This document shows positions 17,710 through 24,458 of a DNA stretch of 24,458 nt, in pieces. The stretch is from Verrucomicrobiota bacterium. GTDB lineage: Bacteria > Verrucomicrobiota > Verrucomicrobiia > Limisphaerales > SXQI01. Made by a program: the position numbers and the translations under genes. The notes beneath the pieces are model-generated. The model made no database searches. It was given only the letters and a program-made list of their open reading frames with translations, and was not told the DNA's origin. The stretch is from positions 1 through 24,458 of the forward strand of contig JANRLX010000112.1 of the NCBI GenBank assembly GCA_033762115.1, in the 5' to 3' direction. Position 1 is the stretch's first letter. The number at the start of each line of letters is the position of its first letter.

Positions 17710-17737
17710 ATTGTGCCACAAAAGTGTTCTTCCGCAA
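17710..17737 (-). promoter_or_regulatory. Putative sigma70 promoter (extended -10) of the propeller protein gene
   Basis: Minus strand TTGCGG (17737-17732), 16 nt spacer ending TGG, CACAAT (17715-17710). The ATG is 9 nt downstream. Confidence 0.4.
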
Positions 17738-17768
17738 GAGGTTAGATATGGAAAACGAATCGACCGGA

Positions 17769-17810
17769 TAGTGGGAAATCCGGGAGAAAGTGGGAATTAG
17801 TGGGAAATGG
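17769..17810 (+). repeat. Phased direct repeats GTGGGA, candidate regulator-binding array resembling MraZ boxes
   Basis: GTGGGA at 17771, CCGGGA at 17780, GTGGGA at 17790 and GTGGGA at 17800 (spacings 9, 10, 10), with A/T-rich spacers. Confidence 0.65.
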
Positions 17811-17820
17811 ATGATTACTT

Positions 17821-17849
17821 AAAAACAAAAAAGCCCGCCGAAGCGGGCT
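17821..17849 (-). terminator. Intrinsic terminator of ftsH
   Basis: On the minus strand, AGCCCGC-TTCG-GCGGGCT (a C(UUCG)G tetraloop) is followed by TTTTTGTTTTT, 25 nt after the ftsH stop. Confidence 0.92.
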
Positions 17850-17874
17850 AAATCAAGAGCAACAAGCCATAAGT

Positions 17875-19878
17875 TCAGGCCGGGGCCGGGGCGGCCGAAC
17901 CCAGACCAGGCAACTTTGGCGGGGCTGGTTTGATCACTTCCGGAAGCGGAGTGGCCGCTTGAGCGCCGGATGGCGGCTCGCTTGGCTTTGTTGGTGGCGG
18001 AGGGGTAAACTGCCCCAGTTTAACAATTTCCTCCACTTGCGCGCCATCGAGAGTCTCATATTCCAGCAACTTGGTGGCAAGAAGTTCCAGTTTGTCCCGG
18101 TGGGTATCGATCAAATGCTTTGCCGTGGCATAAGCTTCGTCGATGATCCGCTTGACCTCATTGTCGATTTCCTGGGCGGTTTGCTCACTGTAATCCTTGC
18201 TCCGGATCATCTCCCTGCCGAGGAACACATATTCATTATTGTCGCCATACTGGATCATGCCGAGCTTGTCGCTCATACCCCAGTGACAAACCATGGCCCG
18301 GGCCATGGAAGTGGCCTGTTGAATGTCCCCGCTGGCACCGGTTGAAATGTCGCCGGAGACGATTTCCTCCGCGATCCTGCCCCCCATGATCATGGCGATC
18401 ATATCGAGCATCTCCTTGCGGCGGCGGTTCAAAATATCCTGCTTGGGAAGTGACATGGTGGAGCCAAGCGCCTGACCACGTGGGATGATTGTCACTTTAT
18501 GGAGCGGGTGGGTGTGCTCCAGCAGGACATTGACAAGCGCATGACCGGCTTCATGCCAGGCAGTAAACTTTTTGTCCTCGTCGGTCATGGCGAGGCTGCG
18601 GCGTTCACGTCCCCAGCGGACTTTATCGCGCGCTTCTTCCAGTTCGAGCATGCCGATCGATTTTTTGTTGGTACGGGCAGCGAGCAATGCCGCTTCATTG
18701 AGCAAATTCGCGAGTTCAGCGCCGGAATAGCCAGGAGTTCCCCGCGCAATAACAGCCAGATCGACAGAAGGATCGATCTTCACATTTTTTGCATGAACCT
18801 TGAGAATGGCTTCGCGGCCCCGGACATCGGGCAGATTGACGGTGATCTGCCGGTCAAAGCGACCAGGGCGAAGTAACGCAGGATCAAGCACATCCGGCCG
18901 ATTGGTCGCTGCGATAATGATGATCCCTTCCTGGGTGTCAAAACCGTCCATCTCCACAAGGAGGGCGTTCAGTGTCTGTTCCCGTTCATCATTTCCGCCA
19001 CCGAGGCCATGTCCACGGCTGCGGCCGACTGCGTCAATTTCATCAATAAAGATGAGGCAGGGAGTGTTCTTGCGGGCCTGCTCGAACATATCGCGGACGC
19101 GACTTGCGCCGACGCCGACGAACATTTCGACAAAATCCGAACCGCTTATGCTGAAGAAGGAAGCATCCGCCTCACCGGCAATGGCCTTGGCCAGCAAGGT
19201 CTTGCCCGTGCCGGGCGCACCGATCATCAGGATGCCCTTTGGAATCCGGCCACCCAGTTTTTGAAATTTTTTGGGATCCTTAAGGAACTCGACCAATTCG
19301 GAAACCTCTTCCTTGGCTTCCTCGACGCCAGCGACATCCTTGAAGGTCGTGCGATTTTTCTCCTTGCTGAGCATCCGGGCTTTGCTCTTGCCGAAAGAAA
19401 GGGCTCCCTTTCCGGCCATTTTAATCTGGCGAATAAAAAAGAAATAAATCAGGAAAGCGACGATCAAAATGGGCAAAATCGTAAAGAAGAGGCTCATCAG
19501 GAACGTGTTCGGTTCCGCTGTCTCAAACTTGCCGGAGTTGAGCAGCTTGACTTCAAGCTCTTCATTCAAACGGGTTTTGGTGCGGAAGGGAACGACAGTG
19601 CCGTTCGTTTCCACATATTTGCCGCTGATCTCCTGCAAGACAGAGGATTGGGGATTGTACTGAATGACCCCTTCCTTGACCCGGTTTTCTTCCAGCAACT
19701 GGACCAGCTTCTGCCGCGGAAGAGGTGGAAATTTGGCTTCCTTGTTTTTATTGAAAACAATGATCAGGGGAATTGCGCCCAGAATCAGAATCCAGATCAA
19801 CCAGTTGCGCGGCGGAACTTTAACGTCACCGTTTCGTTTCTCGTTCCGATTGTTATTTGGCTTATTATCTTCGGACAT
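17875..19878 (-). CDS. ftsH: ATP-dependent zinc metalloprotease FtsH
   Basis: Two N-terminal TM helices, FGKSKA, TFKDVAG, Walker A GAPGTGKT, Walker [45 protein letters not shown], the HEAGH Zn motif and GGRIAEE. Confidence 0.99.
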   Translation of the reverse strand: MSEDNKPNNNRNEKRNGDVKVPPRNWLIWILILGAIPLIIVFNKNKEAKFPPLPRQKLVQLLEENRVKEGVIQYNPQSSVLQEISGKYVETNGTVVPFRTKTRLNEELEVKLLNSGKFETAEPNTFLMSLFFTILPILIVAFLIYFFFIRQIKMAGKGALSFGKSKARMLSKEKNRTTFKDVAGVEEAKEEVSELVEFLKDPKKFQKLGGRIPKGILMIGAPGTGKTLLAKAIAGEADASFFSISGSDFVEMFVGVGASRVRDMFEQARKNTPCLIFIDEIDAVGRSRGHGLGGGNDEREQTLNALLVEMDGFDTQEGIIIIAATNRPDVLDPALLRPGRFDRQITVNLPDVRGREAILKVHAKNVKIDPSVDLAVIARGTPGYSGAELANLLNEAALLAARTNKKSIGMLELEEARDKVRWGRERRSLAMTDEDKKFTAWHEAGHALVNVLLEHTHPLHKVTIIPRGQALGSTMSLPKQDILNRRRKEMLDMIAMIMGGRIAEEIVSGDISTGASGDIQQATSMARAMVCHWGMSDKLGMIQYGDNNEYVFLGREMIRSKDYSEQTAQEIDNEVKRIIDEAYATAKHLIDTHRDKLELLATKLLEYETLDGAQVEEIVKLGQFTPPPPTKPSEPPSGAQAATPLPEVIKPAPPKLPGLGSAAPAPA

Positions 19879-19890
19879 TAAATTCTGGCA

Positions 19891-19919
19891 AAATTAACAT
19901 CTTTGGACGGACAGCGCAA
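19891..19919 (-). promoter_or_regulatory. Putative sigma70 promoter (extended -10) of ftsH
   Basis: Minus strand TTGCGC (19919-19914), 17 nt spacer ending TGT, TAATTT (19896-19891). The ATG at 19878 is 12 nt after the -10 box. Confidence 0.5.
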
Positions 19920-20023
19920 ACTTAATCACCTGTAAGAGAGACTCAGGTGAACCAGACATTTTGGCATGAGAATGAACGATTCCGCTGCTTGCCAGAACCG
20001 GCCAAAAATGAAACTGTGATCGA

Positions 20024-20767
20024 ATGAAATGGCTGTGGCTGATTTTTCTGCTCGCGGCTCCCCTCCAGGCGGGAACACCGCCCATTGAAACCATTCTGGA
20101 AAAGGTGCTGGCGCGGCTTGCGGATGCTGAGCAAATGAAAAGCCGCGATCAAATCTGGTTCAAAAAGCTTCAGGTGCGCCAGGAACTGGATGCTGAAAGC
20201 AAGAATTCCAAAGAAACGCATCGGTTGTACCTGGTCACTCATCGGGAGGGTGAAATGCGCAACAAGCTCCTGGAAATTAACGGTCAACCGTTAAGCGCGG
20301 AGAAGCTCAAGGAAGAGGAGGAATCAGGGGAGCGGAGGAGAGGGAACCGCAACCTGTCACGGGAATTGATCGAACGCTTCGAATTTACCGTGACTGGAGA
20401 AGCCGTGCGAGATGGACGGAAAATGTGGAAAATTCAATTTATTCCGCGCAAACCGTTGAAATCGGAGAAGGAAATGAGTGATCGAATCATCAACAGGCTT
20501 GAGGGAGAAGCCCTGGTTGACCAGGAGGATTATGAAGTTGGCATGTTGAGCTTTCGCCTGAAAGAAAAAGTCCGCTTTTGGCGTGGAGTGCTGGGCTCGG
20601 TGGAGCGCATGGAGTACTCGGTGGAAAAGAAACGATTGCTTAATGGTGTCTGGTTGCCCAAACGAAGCGAGTTTCAGTTGGTGGGGCGGAAGGTTTGGGA
20701 CACGATCCGGTTTAAGATTACGGAAACAACGACGGAAAACGGCACCAACCCGGTGGCGCTTCAATGA
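20024..20767 (+). CDS. Secreted/periplasmic hypothetical protein (possible LolA/RseB-like beta fold)
   Basis: 247-aa ORF with signal peptide MKWLWLIFLLAAPLQA-G and alternating beta-strand patterns (FEFTVTGE, WKIQFIP, GEALVDQED, GVWLPK). It fits between ftsH and the kinase without overlap. The fold assignment is a guess. Confidence 0.7.
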   Translation: MKWLWLIFLLAAPLQAGTPPIETILEKVLARLADAEQMKSRDQIWFKKLQVRQELDAESKNSKETHRLYLVTHREGEMRNKLLEINGQPLSAEKLKEEEESGERRRGNRNLSRELIERFEFTVTGEAVRDGRKMWKIQFIPRKPLKSEKEMSDRIINRLEGEALVDQEDYEVGMLSFRLKEKVRFWRGVLGSVERMEYSVEKKRLLNGVWLPKRSEFQLVGRKVWDTIRFKITETTTENGTNPVALQ

Positions 20768-20776
20768 TCAAACGGG

Positions 20777-23700
20777 TCAACTGGCGCTTGCCAGTTCCAT
20801 TTTGATGACGTTATGAAGCGTTTGGGCGAGGAGACTCACTTCATAAGGTTTATCGACGACCCCCAGGAAGCCATGCTCGCGAAAATTTGCCATCACCGGG
20901 TCCTGGGAATATCCGCTGGAAACGATTCCCTTGACCAGGGGATCGATTTCACGCAGCCGTTTCATGGCTTCCCGCCCGCCCATTCCCCCGGGCACCGTTA
21001 AGTCCATAATTACTGCGGCAAACCGGTTGACTGTCCGATAAGTTTCCGAATAGAGCTGAATGGCCTCATTGCCATCACGCGCTACTTCGACTTCATAGCC
21101 GAGATGGCCCAAAGTGGCCCGGGCGAGATCCAGGATCGCCTGTTCATCATCCATTACCAGGATGCGCCCATGGCCCCGAGGCGCTGCCTTGCGGGAGGAT
21201 GAATTATTGACAATTGAGACTTCGGTTGTTGCTGGCAGATAGAGATAGAACGTGGTGCCCAAACCGAGCTTCGATTCCACGGTGATATAGCCTTCATGTT
21301 TCTGGACAATCGAATAAGCGGTTGCCAGGCCAAGGCCGCTGCCTGTTTGTTTGGTAGTAAAATATGGATCAAAGATTCGCCCCAAATGCTGAGGGCTGAT
21401 GCCAACCCCGGTGTCCTTGACTGAAAGCATGACATAACGGCCCTGTTTCAGCGGCAAGCGGGATTCGGATTCCACTTCGACATTTTCCATCGCAATATGA
21501 ATGGTCCCACCATCCGGCATGGCCTGGACTGCATTAATGACCAAGTTGTTGATGACCTGGCTGATCTGCCCTTCATCCACATCCACTGCCCAGAGATCAG
21601 GCGGGGCGATGGTTTGGCAGTTTACATTGGAGCCGCGCATGGCAAAGCCGGTGGAGTCCTTGACGAGTTCGATGATGGAAATTGCTTTCCTGATGGGAGC
21701 GCCACCCTTGGCAAAAGTCAGCAGCTGCTGGGTCAGATCCTTGGCGCGGAGACATCCTTTTTCCGCCTGGGTGAGGCGATCGAAAATCTGACTTCCATCC
21801 GGGGAGATCATTTTGGCCAGAGTAACATTCCCGAGGATGATGCTCAGAATGTTGTTGAAATCGTGTGCGATACCTCCAGCAAGCAGGCCAACTGACTCGA
21901 GTTTGCTCGCTTTGACCAGTTCCGTTTCGATTTTTCGTTTCTGGGTAATGTCGCGAAAAACAAGTACTGCACCGATCAGTTTGCCGTCATGGTCACGGAT
22001 TGGGGCGGCGCTCTCGGTGACGAGCCGCTCCTGGTCGTTGCGGCAGAGCAAAATCACATGCTGTGTGGCTTCATTGTGTTCCGGGCGCTGAAGCACGCGC
22101 ATGACAGGATTGCTCAATTGCTGGCGGGTGCGGTCATCAAGCGTTGGAAACACTTCGCCGATGTTTCGATGCAACGCTTCCGCCTGAGACCAGCCGGTGA
22201 TTGTCTCGGCAACCCCGTTCATCAGGAGAATGGTGCCATGGAGGTCGGTTGCAATCACACCATCCGCAATGGATGAAAGGGTGACTCCAAGCCGTTCCTT
22301 TTCTGCTTCAAGGGCCATTTCAGCCCGTTTCCGTTCCTGGTCCGCTTCAGCCTGCTTATGGGCAATGCCCAAATATTCGACCACTTCCTTCAAGGTTGTG
22401 ATTTCATGTTCTTCCCATGCGTGCGGCTCGGCACAATGGAAGGAGAGCAATCCGATCAGGCTGCTGGAATGGCGCACGGGCAGATCCAAAGTGGCCCGTA
22501 CCGCCTGGCTGCCAGCCTGTTCAGCGAGGAAGGAAACGCGGGCATCAGTTGAGGTATCCGGGATGACAATAACTTCGCGGCGGCGGATGGAGGAAATGTA
22601 TTCAGTTGCAGTCACCAAACAATAACGATTCCCTGTAATCGGAGGCAGGTCCTGGCTTCCCGCCGAAGCGGTCACCTGCAGGATGCAGGAGGTATCAAGA
22701 GTGGAATAGACGACGCGGTGCGAAGGGAAATAAATGGCAAGTTGGTTGATTGTTCGAATGATGATTTCCTCAACCGGAATTCCTGCTGCCATCACTGCCA
22801 GAATGCTGTTCAACATCGTTAACCGGGTCTGGCTGTCGATGAGAACTTGTTCGGTGCGTTTCTCGGCTGTGACATCCCGGATGGAAGCCACAATGCCGAT
22901 GGCCTGGCAGCGGTCATCTGCCATTCGGGCAGCATTAACCGCGATGATGCCGCTGCTTCCATCAGGGCGCTTGATTGAATATTGCAATCCCTGGCGGGGG
23001 TTGTCCACGCGGAGCAGTTTTGCGAGAGAAATCAGGGCGCTGCAGAAACCTGTTTGACGATCCCGAATGTCCCAGCGCCTCTGCAAGGGCAAGGCTTCAT
23101 CCGCCTGGTGATGGCCAAAAATGCGTTCAGCGGCGGCGTTGGCAAAAGTGACTTTGCCATTCATATCGAGAATCAAAACGCCGTCCGCAATGGTGTCCAC
23201 AATGCGGGTGAGCCGTTCTTCACTTTGACGAAGCGCTTCTTCGGTCGTCCGTTTATCCGTGACATCGCGAGCAATTCCTTCAAAAGCGATGATTTCCTGG
23301 GAATCATTCAACACAGGAGTATGGCGCGTCTCAATCCAGGCGATGGACCCGTCACGTTTGCACAAACGAAAAGAAAGCGGAGCGTCAGAAATGGCTGGAT
23401 CGGTAAAATTGAAAGGAAGGAGATTGATGTCCTCCGTCAGGATCAATCGGGTGATCAGCAGCGGGTCTTCATAAAATTCTTCAGGAGAATGCCCGGTGAT
23501 GCTCTGAATGGAAGGAGAGACATAATCGACATGCGGGGTGGGACGGAGTTTGAAACGATAAACGATATCACGCGCATTATCCGCAAGACGCCTGAATCGC
23601 AATTCACTGTTCCGAAGGGCAGTTTCAGAGCGGCGCAGTTCATCGGACATTTGCACCGCGCGTGATCTGGCGCGGGCTTGGGTCCAGGCAATGCCGAACA

Positions 23701-24457
23701 TGGTGGTGCTTAAGCCAAAGCAGGCAGCAAGAACCATCCAGGGCAGGGCTTTGTCAGAATCCGTATGAAAGGAAGGCAATGTGCTTGCCTGAACCACCCA
23801 GGTTCTACCGAAACGAGAAAGATCGTAGGTGGTCAGGAAAACGGGCGCTTTGGCGGAAGCTGCCTCTGGAAGATTTGAATACTCACTTCGTGTGGTGCCA
23901 TCCGGCTGGAGAGCAGCGATGGAGAAGCGAATTTTCATGTCCTTCGTGTTGGCAAAAATGGAAGACCAGAAATCTTCGGGAACAAAGGAAGCAAAGACAA
24001 ACCCGGAAAGGGACTCACGCCGTTTCAACACACTGTCCGGGACAACCTCGTTTCCGTACACCGGCAGATACAGGACATAGCCGGACCGTTTCTCTCTGGT
24101 ATTCGGCTGAACGAGCTCGATCAGCGATGTAATGACAGGTTCACCAGTGTCTCGGGCCTTTTCCATCGCCTCGCGTCGATGCGGTTCCGAAGAAGCATCC
24201 CAACCCACCGCTCCCTGGTCTCCCTCCCGGACATCCCGCAGATAAATGACAGGGAAAAACTCCTCCTGCTCTCCCACGGGATAGATTTGGTAATCAGCCC
24301 TTCGAAGCTTGCCCTCCTGTTCATGACTCGCACGAGTGGCCGCAGTCACCCGCACCGCGTACCCGAAATCAAAAGTGCCGATTCCCTCCCGGGCAAATCG
24401 AATGCTCTCCAGGTAGTTATTCCATTCCTGGGAACGCACTGATCTGCTGGCGGCAAA
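20777..24457 (-). CDS. Hybrid sensor histidine kinase/response regulator: CHASE, TM, PAS, PAS, GAF, PAS, HisKA, HATPase, REC (5' end outside window)
   Basis: The frame is open to the window edge (FAASRSVRSQEW...). CHASE motifs: GWDASSEPHRREAMEKARDTG, LVQ, YLPVY, GRTW. TM segment LPWMVLAACFGLS. PAS ends RDVT, RDVT and RDIT. H-box LAGGIAHDFNNIL, N-box QVINNLVINA, then DTGVG, FDPYFTTK and GSGLGL. The REC domain has ILVMDDE, MDLTVPG and KP. Confidence 0.95.
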   Translation of the reverse strand, partial: FAASRSVRSQEWNNYLESIRFAREGIGTFDFGYAVRVTAATRASHEQEGKLRRADYQIYPVGEQEEFFPVIYLRDVREGDQGAVGWDASSEPHRREAMEKARDTGEPVITSLIELVQPNTREKRSGYVLYLPVYGNEVVPDSVLKRRESLSGFVFASFVPEDFWSSIFANTKDMKIRFSIAALQPDGTTRSEYSNLPEAASAKAPVFLTTYDLSRFGRTWVVQASTLPSFHTDSDKALPWMVLAACFGLSTTMFGIAWTQARARSRAVQMSDELRRSETALRNSELRFRRLADNARDIVYRFKLRPTPHVDYVSPSIQSITGHSPEEFYEDPLLITRLILTEDINLLPFNFTDPAISDAPLSFRLCKRDGSIAWIETRHTPVLNDSQEIIAFEGIARDVTDKRTTEEALRQSEERLTRIVDTIADGVLILDMNGKVTFANAAAERIFGHHQADEALPLQRRWDIRDRQTGFCSALISLAKLLRVDNPRQGLQYSIKRPDGSSGIIAVNAARMADDRCQAIGIVASIRDVTAEKRTEQVLIDSQTRLTMLNSILAVMAAGIPVEEIIIRTINQLAIYFPSHRVVYSTLDTSCILQVTASAGSQDLPPITGNRYCLVTATEYISSIRRREVIVIPDTSTDARVSFLAEQAGSQAVRATLDLPVRHSSSLIGLLSFHCAEPHAWEEHEITTLKEVVEYLGIAHKQAEADQERKRAEMALEAEKERLGVTLSSIADGVIATDLHGTILLMNGVAETITGWSQAEALHRNIGEVFPTLDDRTRQQLSNPVMRVLQRPEHNEATQHVILLCRNDQERLVTESAAPIRDHDGKLIGAVLVFRDITQKRKIETELVKASKLESVGLLAGGIAHDFNNILSIILGNVTLAKMISPDGSQIFDRLTQAEKGCLRAKDLTQQLLTFAKGGAPIRKAISIIELVKDSTGFAMRGSNVNCQTIAPPDLWAVDVDEGQISQVINNLVINAVQAMPDGGTIHIAMENVEVESESRLPLKQGRYVMLSVKDTGVGISPQHLGRIFDPYFTTKQTGSGLGLATAYSIVQKHEGYITVESKLGLGTTFYLYLPATTEVSIVNNSSSRKAAPRGHGRILVMDDEQAILDLARATLGHLGYEVEVARDGNEAIQLYSETYRTVNRFAAVIMDLTVPGGMGGREAMKRLREIDPLVKGIVSSGYSQDPVMANFREHGFLGVVDKPYEVSLLAQTLHNVIKMELASAS

Positions 24458-24458
24458 T

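Noticed and set aside
17769..17810. GTGGGA repeats as a CRISPR remnant or G-quadruplex
   Set aside because: The units are only 6-10 bp with no spacers and no cas genes, so this is not CRISPR. Four GGG runs with 6-7 nt loops formally fit a G4 pattern, but I have no supporting evidence, and the phasing is better explained as protein-binding sites.
19009..19881. 290-aa plus-strand ORF and other long ORFs antisense to ftsH
   Set aside because: They lie entirely opposite a highly conserved gene and have no recognisable motifs. These are typical shadow ORFs produced by codon bias.
19880..20010. Sigma54 promoter at the TGGCA/TGGCC motifs
   Set aside because: None has GC at the required 10-nt spacing after the GG.
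22982..23665. 227-aa plus-strand ORF inside the kinase
   Set aside because: It is antisense to the PAS domains, a shadow ORF.

Overview
Bacterial chromosomal segment, most likely from a Verrucomicrobiota (Pedosphaera/Limisphaera-like) organism. That placement is inferred from the SecA insert and the style of the secreted proteins, not from a database search. It contains 13 protein-coding genes: the 3' end of a GspF/PilC-family gene, a class V PLP enzyme, a Yip1-family membrane protein, a 1585-aa secreted LamG/Ig/cohesin-dockerin-cohesin protein, a SAM methyltransferase divergent from two GT4 glycosyltransferases, secA, a GmhA-like SIS protein, a 1223-aa secreted beta-propeller/Ig protein, ftsH, a secreted hypothetical protein, and a truncated CHASE-PAS-PAS-GAF-PAS hybrid histidine kinase. 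There are two clear intrinsic terminators and several sigma70-like promoters, most of them very close to start codons. I saw no rRNA, tRNA, CRISPR array or mobile element. The most notable observations are: (1) a divergent methyltransferase/GT4 pair resembling mycobacterial Rv0224c(MtrP)/Rv0225; (2) a non-cellulosomal cohesin-dockerin-cohesin cassette in the adjacent surface protein, which is also strongly enriched in Thr-Asn; (3) a roughly 10-bp-phased GTGGGA array resembling MraZ boxes, located between ftsH and the propeller gene; (4) candidate C-terminal sorting domains on both large secreted proteins.
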